From: Bacteroidota bacterium
GTDB taxonomy: Bacteria > Bacteroidota > Bacteroidia > UKL13-3
Assembly (NCBI GenBank): GCA_051715425.1
Contig: JBPXJS010000011.1
Location: 33,581-97,580 of the forward strand
Reading direction: 5' to 3'
Length of the DNA: 64,000 bases
The position numbers and the translations under genes were made by a program. The notes under the pieces were generated by a model, which saw only the letters and a program-made list of their open reading frames with translations, had not been told where the DNA came from and searched no databases. Below are positions 28,414 through 39,335 of this stretch, piece by piece. Every line of letters begins with the position of its first letter. The first letter of the stretch is position 1.

Positions 28414-29160
28414 TCAGAGCTTATTATTCAACAGGTTCAGTGAGCAGGCTCTTTGGTAGTTAAAACTGTTGATGGCTGAGTGAAATACATCCAAATGACG
28501 CGTGCCATGTGTGTCTGATCCAACCATATTTACCATTTTTTTATCAATAAGCCACTCAGCTGTTTTCTGAACGTCTTTGGAGTAATAGCCTACCAATGAA
28601 AACAGATTTATCTGAAAGAGGATACCAGATTCAAACAACTCTTCGTATTTATCCTTATTGTTTGCCATAAACCCGTAACGCTCCGGATGGGCAAGTACCG
28701 GCTTATATCCGTTTACCTGCAAATCGAACAGTACCTGTTTAAAGTTGGCTGGTTGTTCCGTAAAAGGCAGTTCAATGAGAACGTGTTTTTGGCCAAATGA
28801 GAGGATATTGTTTTCTTTAATCTTTTGTTCAAGGGTATCGTCTACCATATATTCTGCGGCAGCGTGAAGCTCAATTCCCAGCCCTTCTTTTTTAATAGCC
28901 GTCCTTAGGTCTTCAAGCAGGGGGAGTATGTTTTCAGGGCCATTGCGGTAAAAATCACCCATGATATGCGGGGTGGTAATTACTTTTTTATACCCCATTT
29001 TAGCCATTTCTCTTAAAATAACAAGGCTCTCATCAATGGTACGCACCCCATCGTCAATACCCGGAATCAAATGAGAATGCAATTCGGTTTTTACCGGATT
29101 TACGAAACCGGCATCTGCGCGTTGCGGTTTGGAAGAAAATAAGCTGCCAAATATTCCCAT
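28414..29160 (-). CDS. CpsB/YwqE-type (PHP family) protein-tyrosine phosphatase of capsule/EPS biosynthesis
   Basis: 248 aa. Contains the HSHLIPGIDDG motif and later HPERY and SDTHG motifs typical of the CpsB family. Confidence 0.8.
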   Translation of the reverse strand: MGIFGSLFSSKPQRADAGFVNPVKTELHSHLIPGIDDGVRTIDESLVILREMAKMGYKKVITTPHIMGDFYRNGPENILPLLEDLRTAIKKEGLGIELHAAAEYMVDDTLEQKIKENNILSFGQKHVLIELPFTEQPANFKQVLFDLQVNGYKPVLAHPERYGFMANNKDKYEELFESGILFQINLFSLVGYYSKDVQKTAEWLIDKKMVNMVGSDTHGTRHLDVFHSAINSFNYQRACSLNLLNNKL

Positions 29161-30152
29161 TATTCTGCGTGTTCTAAGAACTCCTTTAAAGAAGCAATAT
29201 TTGGTACATTCAGAGAGTCGACTCTCCTGTGATCTGCAATGTATAAGGACAACCAGTCGAGCATATGAATGGTTTCATAAACAGTTTTAATACTAAATTC
29301 GTCAGAGATAACATTTACTATTTTATTGTACTCTACCTCAAGAAGGTTGTTTAAAAACTCAAATCTGGATGCCACCCGGTTGTTTTGCTGGGCGTGAATA
29401 AACAGGAATATGGTTTCCAACTGTCCATAGTAACTTTCAATCACATTGTGATTCATCTCAGGTAATACATGATTAAAGCACTCATGCTTGGCATTTTCCT
29501 GTATTTGTTGTGCAAACCTGATCCCTACAGGTTCAAATGGTCCATCGGTTAGGGCAACCAGTTTGTTTTTTAGTTTTGGTTTTACAGATTCAAAAATCTG
29601 GGCGGCTTCTTCTTCAAACATAGAAGTGTCGGCAAACAAATTTACCAGCTCTTCCAGTTCAGGTTTAACATCTTTACCCGCTAATTCAGCAAAAATCTGA
29701 ATGAGGTAGGTAAGAGAAAAACCAAGTGCCATGCGAGGTTGAAACCCGGGCTCGATATGGTAGGTATGAATATTATTTTCTGCCGCCAGTTTTCCAAGTG
29801 TTCCACCAGAAGTTAAAATCAGCAACTTGCATCCCCTCTTTTTTACCTCTTCATACATTTGTAAAGTTTCTTCTGTATTACCTGAGTAAGACGCCAGAAT
29901 AACAAGCGTGTTTTCATTCACATAACCCGGCAGGCTGTAATCTGCCACACATTCCACCGGCAGCGGAAACGAATCGGCAAAAATGGATTTAGCAATACGT
30001 CCACCAATACCTGATCCACCCAGACCACCAATCAAAAGATTTCTGAATGCTGAACTATGTAAACCATGTGGTTTATAGTTGCTAATGGCATACTGTATCT
30101 GATAGCTGAATTTTTTTAATGCTTCGTGTTGAGGATTGCCCATTTGATACAA
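29160..30152 (-). CDS. SIS-domain bifunctional phosphoglucose/phosphomannose isomerase-like protein
   Basis: 330 aa. SIS motifs (IGGLGGSGIGG and ILASYSGNTEET) in a sugar-nucleotide gene context. Confidence 0.7.
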   Translation of the reverse strand: MYQMGNPQHEALKKFSYQIQYAISNYKPHGLHSSAFRNLLIGGLGGSGIGGRIAKSIFADSFPLPVECVADYSLPGYVNENTLVILASYSGNTEETLQMYEEVKKRGCKLLILTSGGTLGKLAAENNIHTYHIEPGFQPRMALGFSLTYLIQIFAELAGKDVKPELEELVNLFADTSMFEEEAAQIFESVKPKLKNKLVALTDGPFEPVGIRFAQQIQENAKHECFNHVLPEMNHNVIESYYGQLETIFLFIHAQQNNRVASRFEFLNNLLEVEYNKIVNVISDEFSIKTVYETIHMLDWLSLYIADHRRVDSLNVPNIASLKEFLEHAE

Positions 30153-31013
30153 TTATTTAATGAGATTTAATAAATATTGACCATACCCGCTTTTCAGGAG
30201 TTTGGTCGCTTCTTCCTTCAGTTTTTCTTTACTGATCCAGCCATTTTTATAAGCGATTTCTTCTATGCATCCTATTTTTAATCCCTGTCTTTCCTCTATT
30301 ACCTGCACAAACTGGCCTGCCTGCATAAGTGAAGCAAAAGTGCCGGTATCAAGCCAGGCGGTACCGCGCTGCAATACCCCAACCTTTAGTTTGTTTTTCT
30401 CCAGATAAACCCTGTTCACATCAGTAATTTCGAGCTCCCCGCGCGGAGATGGTTTGATGTTTTTGGCCACCTCAACCACGGAGTTATCATAAAAGTATAA
30501 TCCCGGTACGGCATAGTTGGATTTAGGATGTTGTGGTTTTTCTTCTATGCTTATGGCATTCATATTGGAGTCGAATTCCACTACACCATATCGTTCAGGG
30601 TCGCTTACATGATAGGCAAATACCACTCCGCCATCCGGATCATTGTTTTCTTTAAGCAATTTGCTAAGGCCTGAACTGAAGAAAATATTATCACCTAAAA
30701 TAAGTGCAACTTTATCTTTTCCGATAAATTTTTCGCCAATAATAAATGCCTGCGCCAAACCATCAGGACTTGGTTGCTCGGCATACTCAAACTTGCATCC
30801 CACCTGAGATCCATCGCCCAACAATTTTTTAAATCCGGGCAAATCATGAGGCGTGGAAATAATCAGAATTTCGTTTATCCCGGCAAGCATCAATGTGCTT
30901 AGCGGGTAATAAATCATTGGCTTATCGTACACAGGCATTAATTGCTTGCTTACGGCAAGGGTAAGTGGGTGTAAACGGGTGCCGCTTCCTCCGGCTAAAA
31001 TAATTCCTTTCAT
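30153..31013 (-). CDS. rfbA: Glucose-1-phosphate thymidylyltransferase
   Basis: [46 protein letters not shown] is a near-canonical RmlA N-terminus. 286 aa. Confidence 0.92.
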   Translation of the reverse strand: MKGIILAGGSGTRLHPLTLAVSKQLMPVYDKPMIYYPLSTLMLAGINEILIISTPHDLPGFKKLLGDGSQVGCKFEYAEQPSPDGLAQAFIIGEKFIGKDKVALILGDNIFFSSGLSKLLKENNDPDGGVVFAYHVSDPERYGVVEFDSNMNAISIEEKPQHPKSNYAVPGLYFYDNSVVEVAKNIKPSPRGELEITDVNRVYLEKNKLKVGVLQRGTAWLDTGTFASLMQAGQFVQVIEERQGLKIGCIEEIAYKNGWISKEKLKEEATKLLKSGYGQYLLNLIK

Positions 31014-31023
31014 ATTTTCCTTC

Positions 31024-32085
31024 TTATCGGGTGGCGTACATGCCTTCGTAATATTTTTGGTAATCTCCGCTGGTTACATCATCCATCCATTGCTGATTGG
31101 CCATATACCAGTCAATTGTTTTTTCAATTCCCTCTTCAAACTGAAGGCTGGGTTGCCATCCAAGATCTTTCATTATTTTGTTTGCATCAATGGCATACCT
31201 CAAATCATGTCCTGCACGGTCTGTTACATAGGTAATCAACTTTTCAGATTCACCTGTTGCCCGTCCAAGTTTTTTATCCATTGTTTTACAAACCACCTTA
31301 ATCAGGTCAATATTGGTCCACTCATTAAAACCGCCAATATTATAGGTTTCTCCGGTTTTGCCTTTATGGAACACATCATCAATGGCACGTGCATGATCAA
31401 CCACATACAACCAGTCGCGCACATTTTCTCCTTTACCGTAAACAGGCAGTGGTTTGTTGTTGCGGATATTATTAATAAAAAGCGGAATCAATTTTTCAGG
31501 AAACTGGTTGGGGCCATAATTGTTGGAGCAGTTGCTTAATACCACGGGAATTTTGTAGGTATTGTGATAAGCACGCACAAAATGATCAGAACTTGCTTTA
31601 GAAGCAGAGTATGGAGATTGCGGATCGTATGGTGTGGTTTCAAGGAAAAATCCACCATCATGCAGGCTTCCGTAAACCTCATCTGTACTTACATGGTAAA
31701 ACAGTTTGCCTTCGTAATTTCCTTTCCAGCTATTTTTAAAAGCATTCAGCAGGTTTACCGTTCCCACCACGTTGGTCATAACAAACTCCATGGGGTTGGT
31801 AATACTTCTGTCTACATGGCTCTCTGCGGCAAGGTGTATAACCGCATCAAAACAGTCTTTTTCAAAAAGGGAATTAATCTCTTCTGCGTTTACGATATCA
31901 GCCTTAATAAAATGGTAGTTTGGGGCTTTTTCAATATCCGTAATATTGCGGAGGTTGCCTGCATAGGTAAGTTTATCCAGGTTAAAAATTTCGTACTCCG
32001 GGTATTTATTTACAAACAGGCGCACCACATGGGAGCCAATAAAACCTGCTCCTCCGGTAATCAATATTTTTTTCTTAGTAGCCAT
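31024..32085 (-). CDS. rfbB: dTDP-glucose 4,6-dehydratase
   Basis: GGAGFIGSH Rossmann motif, STDEVYG and YSASKA catalytic motifs. 353 aa, adjacent to rfbA. Confidence 0.9.
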   Translation of the reverse strand: MATKKKILITGGAGFIGSHVVRLFVNKYPEYEIFNLDKLTYAGNLRNITDIEKAPNYHFIKADIVNAEEINSLFEKDCFDAVIHLAAESHVDRSITNPMEFVMTNVVGTVNLLNAFKNSWKGNYEGKLFYHVSTDEVYGSLHDGGFFLETTPYDPQSPYSASKASSDHFVRAYHNTYKIPVVLSNCSNNYGPNQFPEKLIPLFINNIRNNKPLPVYGKGENVRDWLYVVDHARAIDDVFHKGKTGETYNIGGFNEWTNIDLIKVVCKTMDKKLGRATGESEKLITYVTDRAGHDLRYAIDANKIMKDLGWQPSLQFEEGIEKTIDWYMANQQWMDDVTSGDYQKYYEGMYATR

Positions 32086-32122
32086 ATTTCTTATTCATAT
32101 TATAACAGCAACATCTTTCTGT

Positions 32123-33148
32123 TTACTGCAATTTTAGTTCGTTTAATTTTAATTCCCAGTTCCAGGCTGTTTGCATACAGTTTTCCAGGTCACGTTCGGC
32201 TTTCCAACCCAGTTCTGAAAGGGATTTATCGCATTGTGCATAAATCTGCACCACATCGCCTGCCCTGCGGGAGCCAATTTCGTAGCGCAGGTGTTTGCCA
32301 CTAACCTTTTCAAAAGCATGAATCACTTCCAATACCGAATTGCCCCTGCCTGTTCCTATATTAAACACATGATAGCGGTTTTTGCCTTTTCCTGATGATA
32401 AATACTTAAGAGCTGCCACATGTGCTTTTGCCAAATCTACCACATGGATAAAATCTCTGATACATGTTCCGTCAGGTGTAGGATAATCATCACCGAATAC
32501 CGTTAATTGAGCTCTTTTGCCAATAGCGGTTTGTGTGATAAATGGCACCAGGTTATTGGGAACACCAACAGGCAACTCACCAATCAGTGCCGAATCATGT
32601 GCGCCTACCGGATTAAAGTAGCGCAAAGAAACAGTATGAAGGTCTGATGCATGGCAATGATCCGTAAGCATTTCTTCGCAGATTTTTTTGGTATTGCCGT
32701 ACGGAGAGTTGGCTTTAACGGTAGGAGTGTTTTCGTCCACCGGAGGGCTGGCCACATCACCATAAACCGTGCATGATGAAGAAAATACCAGTTGGTTGAT
32801 ATGGTGTTTTTGCATGATACCCAACAGGTTGGCAGTGCCTCCGATATTGTTTTGATAATATTTGAGAGGTTGTGCCACTGATTCTCCAACCGCCTTGTAT
32901 GCTGCAAAGTGAATAACCGCAGCTATATCGGTATATGTTTTAAATACAGATTCCAGAGCCATGGCATCTCTGATATCCACCTGCTCAAAATGGGGGCGGA
33001 TACCAGTTATCTGTTCTATATGATCAATAACAAAAAGCTTTGAGTTTTCGAGGTTATCAATAATCACTACCTCATAACCGGCCTGCTGCAACTCAACCAC
33101 TGTATGTGAGCCAATAAATCCCGTTCCACCTGTAACTAATATTTTCAA
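32123..33148 (-). CDS. galE: UDP-glucose 4-epimerase
   Basis: MKILVTGGTGFIGSH, SSSCTVYG and YGNTK motifs. 341 aa. Confidence 0.85.
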   Translation of the reverse strand: MKILVTGGTGFIGSHTVVELQQAGYEVVIIDNLENSKLFVIDHIEQITGIRPHFEQVDIRDAMALESVFKTYTDIAAVIHFAAYKAVGESVAQPLKYYQNNIGGTANLLGIMQKHHINQLVFSSSCTVYGDVASPPVDENTPTVKANSPYGNTKKICEEMLTDHCHASDLHTVSLRYFNPVGAHDSALIGELPVGVPNNLVPFITQTAIGKRAQLTVFGDDYPTPDGTCIRDFIHVVDLAKAHVAALKYLSSGKGKNRYHVFNIGTGRGNSVLEVIHAFEKVSGKHLRYEIGSRRAGDVVQIYAQCDKSLSELGWKAERDLENCMQTAWNWELKLNELKLQ

Positions 33149-33165
33149 GATTCCTCTTTATTTGG

Positions 33166-34332
33166 TTATTGATAGTTAAATGAATCAAAAGGTGTGGTAA
33201 TGCATACTTCATTTTGCGCAGCCTCTTCCACATGACCAATTATTCTCGCATCTATCTGGAAGGTAGAAGCAATGTTGATGAGTTGTTCAGCCGTTTTTTC
33301 ATTGGTATAAAACTCCAGCAGGTTACCCATATTAAACACCTTATACATTTCTTCCCACGATGTTTCCGATTGTTGTTGTATCATTTGAAACAACGGTGGT
33401 GTAGGAAACAAATTGTTTTTTACCACGCGCAGGTTATTTACAAAATGCAAAATTTTGGTTTGGCCTCCTCCTGTATTATGCACCATTCCGTTAATCTCAT
33501 GGAAATGATTTTCGAGTATTTCCCCGATAACCGGAGAGAAGGTGCGGGTAGGAGAGAGTATCATTTTCCCCACATCAAGCAGATGTCCGGGTAGCTGATC
33601 GTTCAGTTTAAGGTTGCCTGTATATACCAGTTCATCAGGCACCAGCGGATCAAATGATTCGGCAAACTGTTTATAGTAAGAAGAAAGTGTATCGTGCCTG
33701 GCCAGGGTAAGTCCGTTGCTGCCCATACCTGCATTGTAGGAGGTTTCGTATGATGTTTTACCAAAGGAGGCAAATCCCACAATTACATCTCCGGCTTTAA
33801 TGCGGCTGTTATCTATAATTTTATTTTTGGGAAGGCGGGCGGTAACGGTGGAGTCAACAATAATGGTTCTCACCAGATCGCCCACATCGGCAGTTTCTCC
33901 TCCAGTTGAGTGAATATGAATGCCGTGTGAGCCCAACATATCGATAAACTCCTCAGTGCCCTCAATAATAGCTGCAATAATTTCTCCCGGTATCAGGTTT
34001 TTATTTCTGCCAATGGTGGAAGAGAGGGTGATATGCTGGTAAGCGCCCACACACAACAAATCATTAAGGTTCATTACAATGGCATCCTGAGCAATATTTT
34101 TCCAAACACTTAAGTCACCGGTTTCTTTCCAGTAAAGGTATGCAAGGGATGATTTGGTGCCAGCCCCGTCTGCATGCATGATATTGCAAAAGTTCTCATC
34201 ACCGCCAAGGTAATCAGGCACAATTTTACAGAAGGCCTGAGGAAACAATCCTTTATCTACTTTTTTGATGGCGGCATGCACATCTTCTTTTTTAGAAGAT
34301 ACACCGCGTTTCATATACTTATCTGAACTCAT
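33166..34332 (-). CDS. AIR synthase-related (PurM-like fold) protein
   Basis: The track ORF extends to 34449 and overlaps cdaA. The ATG at 34332 gives MSSDKYMKRGVSSKKEDVHAAIKK...HADGAGTKS, which is typical of the Bacteroidota AIR-synthase-related family. Confidence 0.7.
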   Translation of the reverse strand: MSSDKYMKRGVSSKKEDVHAAIKKVDKGLFPQAFCKIVPDYLGGDENFCNIMHADGAGTKSSLAYLYWKETGDLSVWKNIAQDAIVMNLNDLLCVGAYQHITLSSTIGRNKNLIPGEIIAAIIEGTEEFIDMLGSHGIHIHSTGGETADVGDLVRTIIVDSTVTARLPKNKIIDNSRIKAGDVIVGFASFGKTSYETSYNAGMGSNGLTLARHDTLSSYYKQFAESFDPLVPDELVYTGNLKLNDQLPGHLLDVGKMILSPTRTFSPVIGEILENHFHEINGMVHNTGGGQTKILHFVNNLRVVKNNLFPTPPLFQMIQQQSETSWEEMYKVFNMGNLLEFYTNEKTAEQLINIASTFQIDARIIGHVEEAAQNEVCITTPFDSFNYQ

Positions 34333-34438
34333 GAATATTTTGCCGTAACGGGTGCGAAGGTAAGGAAAACCATGTAGTTTTAAGGCTATAATTTTGATTG
34401 GTGAAAGAACTGGAAAACAGGCCGGTGAGGCTAATAAA

Positions 34439-35257
34439 TTATTTATCAACCCTCACCATTTCACTGGCGAATTCGCGGTTTAAAAACTCAACTATTTCCT
34501 GCCGGCTCATTCCTTCATACATTTTGCCTCCTTTGGCAATGGCCATGGTGCCTTTTTCTTCTGATACCACCAGGGCAATGGCATCGGTTTGCTCGGTAAT
34601 ACCAATAGCTGAAAGGTGGCGTAAGCCGTATTTGTTCTGAATTTCAGGATTATCACTCAGGGGAAGAACCGCATTTACAGCCTTAATTTTGCTGTTGGCA
34701 ATAATGGTGGCTCCATCGTGCAGGGGGCTGGTTTTGTTAAAAATACTCATCAGCAGCCGTTTACTTATATTGGCATCAATCCATTCTCCGCTGGCTCCAA
34801 TAAATTTCATTTCTGAGGTTTTGGGGAATACAATAAGGGCACCGGCATTGCTTTGGGCAAGGGTTTCGCAGGCATCTACAATATCATCAAAATTGGTATG
34901 AAAGCCTTTTTCTATTTTCCAGTTCCAGGGTAAAAACCGGAATATGGATTTATTCTCACTCCCAAAAGTGCCTTTACCTATAAGCAGCAAAAATTTTCTT
35001 ATTTCCTGCTGAAAAACAATGAGAATGGCTATAAACCCCACCTTTGTAAATTCCCCGAGAATGGTTTCCAGCAGGGGCATTTCGAACAGGCGAACAATTA
35101 CCCAAAAAAGGTAAATGGTAACCAGCCCTATAAGCATATTAAAAGCCAGACTGCCTTTAAGCAAACGATACAGTTGATGGATAATACCGGCAACCAGAAG
35201 GATATCGATAATATTAATAAGGGTGAACTTAAAATCGTAAAATTTAAATAGTTCCAT
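34439..35257 (-). CDS. cdaA: Diadenylate cyclase (DisA_N domain, membrane-anchored CdaA type)
   Basis: Three N-terminal TM helices, then a DAC domain with motifs GALIVF, PLHDGATII and GLRHLSAIGITEQTDAIALVVSEE. Confidence 0.85.
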   Translation of the reverse strand: MELFKFYDFKFTLINIIDILLVAGIIHQLYRLLKGSLAFNMLIGLVTIYLFWVIVRLFEMPLLETILGEFTKVGFIAILIVFQQEIRKFLLLIGKGTFGSENKSIFRFLPWNWKIEKGFHTNFDDIVDACETLAQSNAGALIVFPKTSEMKFIGASGEWIDANISKRLLMSIFNKTSPLHDGATIIANSKIKAVNAVLPLSDNPEIQNKYGLRHLSAIGITEQTDAIALVVSEEKGTMAIAKGGKMYEGMSRQEIVEFLNREFASEMVRVDK

Positions 35258-36173
35258 TTACAGCGTTTACTATATTAATGCATTCAACCGCTTCTTTTAC
35301 ATCATGAACCCGCAATATAGTGGCTCCTTTGGTTAAAGCAAGGGTATGCAATACGGTACTGCCATTCAGCGCGTGTGCTGTATCCACTTTTAGGAGCTTC
35401 TGTATCATGCTTTTACGCGAAATTCCAACCAAAACCGGCAGCCCAAACAGCTGAAAGTCGGATAAGGCTTTAAACAAGGTATAATTATGTTCCAGGTTTT
35501 TACCAAACCCAAAGCCCGGATCAATAATCAGGTCTTTGATACCTGCTTTGTTGCAAGCCTCTACGCGTTGCTTCAGGTAATCAATTACTTCGGTTACAAT
35601 ATGGCGGTATTGAGGGTTTTGCTGCATGGTTTGCGGATTTCCCTGTTTATGTATCAGGATGTATGGAACCTGCAACCTGGCCACAGTGGTAAGCATATCC
35701 GGATCGTCCTCACCGGCAGAAATATCGTTTACCATGGCGGCACCTGCCAGCACTGCTGCCTCTGCCACCCGAGCCCGAAATGTGTCGATGGAAATAATAA
35801 TACCGGGAATGTTTTTGTTAAGTGCCTCAACTACAGGAATTACCCGGTTAAGTTCTTCTTCCTGGCTCACCTCTGTTGCACCGGGCCTGCTGGAGTAACC
35901 ACCCACATCTATCATGGTTGCCCCATCAGCCAGCATTTGAGAGGCCTGTTTCAGGGCTGCTTCTTCATCTGCCTGCCTGCTTTGCCGGTAAAAGGAATCG
36001 GGTGTGGTATTGATAATACCCATTACCACCGGTTTATCAAGCAACAGGAGTTTGCCTTTTACGTTTATGGTTATTTTTGGGGAAAGTGCTTGCATTTTGA
36101 GCGGCTCCATTATTTTTGTGACGCTTCTGTTCTCCGAAGTAAAACCATTCATCACGAATTTCAATGGGTACAT
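35244..36173 (-). CDS. folP: Dihydropteroate synthase
   Basis: Motifs VMGIINTTPDSFY, IIDPGFGFGK and SRKS. The true start is probably an internal Met (36110 or 36095). The 3' end overlaps the cdaA start by 14 nt. Confidence 0.88.
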   Translation of the reverse strand: MYPLKFVMNGFTSENRSVTKIMEPLKMQALSPKITINVKGKLLLLDKPVVMGIINTTPDSFYRQSRQADEEAALKQASQMLADGATMIDVGGYSSRPGATEVSQEEELNRVIPVVEALNKNIPGIIISIDTFRARVAEAAVLAGAAMVNDISAGEDDPDMLTTVARLQVPYILIHKQGNPQTMQQNPQYRHIVTEVIDYLKQRVEACNKAGIKDLIIDPGFGFGKNLEHNYTLFKALSDFQLFGLPVLVGISRKSMIQKLLKVDTAHALNGSTVLHTLALTKGATILRVHDVKEAVECINIVNAVNGTI

Positions 36174-36218
36174 TTAATTTTTTTATGAATGGAGTGAACA
36201 TCAGGTTTATTAAACAGG

Positions 36219-36803
36219 GTGAGCGGAACAAGGGGGTATCTAAATAAAACTATTTTGAGTACGAAAACATCTACACAATACGATAAGGCCATTGAGTTAT
36301 GCAGAAAAATTTTCCTGCATAAGAGCAAAGATTACGGAACCTCCTGGAGGGTGATGAGGGTATCTTCTATTATGGATCAGATTTTTATTAAAGCACAACG
36401 CATCCGAACCATTGAAGAGAAAGGTACCAAAAAAGTAAATGAGGGTGAAGAAGCCGAATTTATGGGCATCGTGAATTACTGTATCATTGCCCTTATTCAA
36501 CTGGAGTTAAAAGATTCCGGAGAGTTAAGCCTGGATATACCCTTACTGGAAAAACTATATGATAAGCAGGTGCTGGAAACCAAAACCCTGATGGAACAAA
36601 AAAACCACGATTATGGAGAAGCGTGGAGGGATATGAGGGTAAGCACGTTTACGGATATGATATTGATGCGTTTGCTAAGAATCAGACAAATTGAAGAAGC
36701 GCAGGGACAAACCATTATGTCGGAAGGTATTGATGCCAATATCAGAGATATGATGAACTATTCCGTATTTGCCCTCATACATTTGGCAGGGAATGGAGCA
36801 TAG
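36219..36803 (+). CDS. DUF1599 domain protein (two internal repeats)
   Basis: Repeated motif KSKDYGTSWRVMRVSSIMDQIFIKAQRIRTIEE / KNHDYGEAWRDMRVSTFTDMILMRLLRIRQIEE. Divergent from folP, as commonly seen in Bacteroidota. The start codon is uncertain (GTG at 36219 or TTG at 36255). Confidence 0.65.
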   Translation: MSGTRGYLNKTILSTKTSTQYDKAIELCRKIFLHKSKDYGTSWRVMRVSSIMDQIFIKAQRIRTIEEKGTKKVNEGEEAEFMGIVNYCIIALIQLELKDSGELSLDIPLLEKLYDKQVLETKTLMEQKNHDYGEAWRDMRVSTFTDMILMRLLRIRQIEEAQGQTIMSEGIDANIRDMMNYSVFALIHLAGNGA

Positions 36804-36867
36804 CAGGTTTTAAAGAAATATTTAAGAACAGGTTAACGTTTGGTTGGCAACTATAAAAAATAAGAAT

Positions 36868-37986
36868 ATGAAAATACTGGTTCAAATAAGCAGGGTATTG
36901 GTGGGTGTACTTTTTATTATCTCCGGTTTTATTAAAGCCAATGATACCATTGGTTTCTCCTATAAACTGGAAGAGTATTTTGAAGTTTTCCATATGCCGT
37001 TTTTTGCGCATTATGCCGTTCCCATGGCTATGTTCATTTGCATTTTCGAGATAGTGGTGGGTGTGGTATTGCTCCTTGGTTCATATGCACGGATCAACGC
37101 CTGGCTTTTATTGCTTATGATTATTTTCTTTACCCTGCTTACGGGTTATTCTGCCATTACCAATAAAGTTACCGATTGTGGTTGTTTTGGCGATGCCATT
37201 AAACTCAAACCTGTGCAGTCGTTTATGAAAGACCTGGTGCTGCTGGTATTTATTGCAATCATATTTATCGGTCATCAGCATATCAAACCACTGTTTAATA
37301 AAAGCATCAACGGTATTGCCATTTTTGTTTCGCTGGTGGTTACTACCTTTTTCACCATTTACACGTATATGTTTTTACCTAAGGTTGATTTTCTTCCTTA
37401 CAAAATCGGGAACGATATTGCCAAACTCAGGGAAATTCCGGATGGGGCCCCACGTGATGAGTATGAGATGATTTTTATTTATGAAAAAGGCGGACAACAA
37501 CACGAGTTTACGGCCAATAACCTTCCAACTGATTTGGATACCTACAAGTTTATCGACAGAAAAGACAAACTGATTAAAGAAGGATTTAAACCTGCCATAC
37601 ACGATTTTAAATTGTACAACGATGCAGGTATGGATTATACAGACTCATTGCTGGCAGATAAGGAAAATTATAAGCTGGTACTGGTTCAAAAAAGTATAAC
37701 AGAATCGCGTGCAGGAATAGAACCTAAAATAGCCGAACTCGCTAATGCCTATCAAGGTGCAGGTTATAAATTTTGGGCATTAAGTGCCACAGCACCCGAA
37801 GAGGTGGAAGTTTACCGCCATGAGCACCAGCTTGCCTTTACCTATTACCTGATGGATGCTACACCACTTAAATCCATGGTGCGTTCCAATCCGGGGTTGT
37901 TATTGCTAAAGGGCAATACCGTTGTAAAAAAATGGAGTGCGTATAATTTCCCTTCGTTTGAAACGGTGAAGAAGTATATGAAATAA
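36868..37986 (+). CDS. DoxX-like membrane domain fused to a thioredoxin-fold-like C-terminal domain (BT_3928-like family)
   Basis: The ATG at 36868 gives MKILVQISRVLVGVLFIISGFIKAND... with 4-5 TM helices including a TDCGCFGD motif, followed by a soluble C-terminal half. Confidence 0.6.
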   Translation: MKILVQISRVLVGVLFIISGFIKANDTIGFSYKLEEYFEVFHMPFFAHYAVPMAMFICIFEIVVGVVLLLGSYARINAWLLLLMIIFFTLLTGYSAITNKVTDCGCFGDAIKLKPVQSFMKDLVLLVFIAIIFIGHQHIKPLFNKSINGIAIFVSLVVTTFFTIYTYMFLPKVDFLPYKIGNDIAKLREIPDGAPRDEYEMIFIYEKGGQQHEFTANNLPTDLDTYKFIDRKDKLIKEGFKPAIHDFKLYNDAGMDYTDSLLADKENYKLVLVQKSITESRAGIEPKIAELANAYQGAGYKFWALSATAPEEVEVYRHEHQLAFTYYLMDATPLKSMVRSNPGLLLLKGNTVVKKWSAYNFPSFETVKKYMK

Positions 37987-38035
37987 GACCTAAAACGCCC
38001 TGTTTTCGTTACTAAACTTTATTTATTAATACACG

Positions 38036-38749
38036 TTATTTTAAATACTCTTCAGTAGTGTATGCCCTATTGATATATATGTTTTTGTTTACATCAATCA
38101 CAAACTCGCAGAGGCCACGGTGAGATTTATTGGCAGGGTTCCAGTCGTAGGTGTATCCCAGTTGGGTCCATGGGTATTGGCTAAACAGGCCACAGGCATA
38201 ATAGCGGGAAATACGTGTATCGTTTACCCATTTAATATAGGCGGTATCAAGAGAGTCTTGCGCGCTAAAACAAATATTACAGCTTTTGTCGTTTATTTCT
38301 TTATCAGGGCAGGGGCGGAAAAGATCAGCCGGTTTTACCCAAAATTCTATAAAATAATTATAAGTTGCATTGGGAGGTAAGCCTAATAATTGCTTCAGAC
38401 GCAAATCCACATTTTTTGGTTTCTCTTTTTTAATCCGCTCTTTTAATTCGGGAGCGGTAGTAACCCAAATTTGCCAGCCTTGTGTATTATATAATCCGGA
38501 GTCGCCATAGAAATTGGATTTTTTCCAGGTAACCACTAGCACATAATCTTCACCGTTAATGGTTTTCCAGGTCAGGTTTTTGTTATCGCGGGTAATGGCA
38601 ATCAGGTTGGTATCCCTTGCATCTGTTTCCGGATACATGGATTGTTTAATGGCATGGCGGTAAGGTTTTTCAAATTTGGATTGGGCAAAAGATGGCAGGC
38701 ATAGCGCAAATGCCATCAGCATAAAAAGTGCGGATTTCATGGTTTTCAT
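38036..38749 (-). CDS. Hypothetical secreted protein
   Basis: The ATG at 38749 gives the signal peptide MKTMKSALFMLMAFALCLPSFAQ. I recognise no family. Confidence 0.5.
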   Translation of the reverse strand: MKTMKSALFMLMAFALCLPSFAQSKFEKPYRHAIKQSMYPETDARDTNLIAITRDNKNLTWKTINGEDYVLVVTWKKSNFYGDSGLYNTQGWQIWVTTAPELKERIKKEKPKNVDLRLKQLLGLPPNATYNYFIEFWVKPADLFRPCPDKEINDKSCNICFSAQDSLDTAYIKWVNDTRISRYYACGLFSQYPWTQLGYTYDWNPANKSHRGLCEFVIDVNKNIYINRAYTTEEYLK

Positions 38750-39032
38750 AGGGGGTTGGTGGTTGTATCCCGAAGGTAAATAAAGCAAGATAATGCTGTA
38801 CAACACTTTTTAAAATACCACAAAACAGTTTCATAATCACCCGAATATTTTTGGAATAAATTATTCGTGAGGAGGAGTTTGTGAAATTTAGCAATGAAAT
38901 ATTAGTAACAGGTACTGATAGTACTCATTCAAATAAAAAAGAGGGGCATTTGCAAGGGATAAAAACTACTTGTTATTATTAAACAAAGATAATGATACAT
39001 CATCATTGCGGTAGTTGTATAAAGGAGTGCAA

Positions 39033-39290
39033 TTAAATTACGCTGTTTCTGGTTTTTGCCCTTTCCTTTTTCAACTCCAGTATGGATATTACATCTTTCT
39101 CAAAGAGTTCTGAAACACTTATATGATAGTAGGCTGCAATCTTTTCAATGTAACTAAGTTTGGGATCTGTATTAGAATTTTCAATTCTTGAATATGTACT
39201 CTGGTTGATATCTATAATTTGAGCAAACCCTTCCTGTGAAATATTTTCTATGAGTCTAAGGTGTTTTATTTTATTACTTAAGTTGCTCAT
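39033..39290 (-). CDS. XRE family helix-turn-helix transcriptional regulator
   Basis: 85 aa. IKHLRLIENISQEGFAQIIDINQSTYSRIENSNTDPKLSYIEKIAAYYHISVSELF is a classic HTH_3 domain. Confidence 0.85.
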   Translation of the reverse strand: MSNLSNKIKHLRLIENISQEGFAQIIDINQSTYSRIENSNTDPKLSYIEKIAAYYHISVSELFEKDVISILELKKERAKTRNSVI

Positions 39291-39335
39291 GGTTGTGGTT
39301 TATTATCATTACAGCTAATTTAAATAGTAATTATC

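Noticed and set aside
30946-32304. Two long plus-strand ORFs (197 aa and 246 aa) antisense to rfbA, rfbB and galE, plus a similar 233-aa ORF at 35487..36188 antisense to folP
   Set aside because: They lie entirely within strongly supported minus-strand genes with canonical motifs. Their products are low-complexity, Cys/His/Phe-rich sequences with no recognisable motifs. Long antisense ORFs of this kind are a common artefact.
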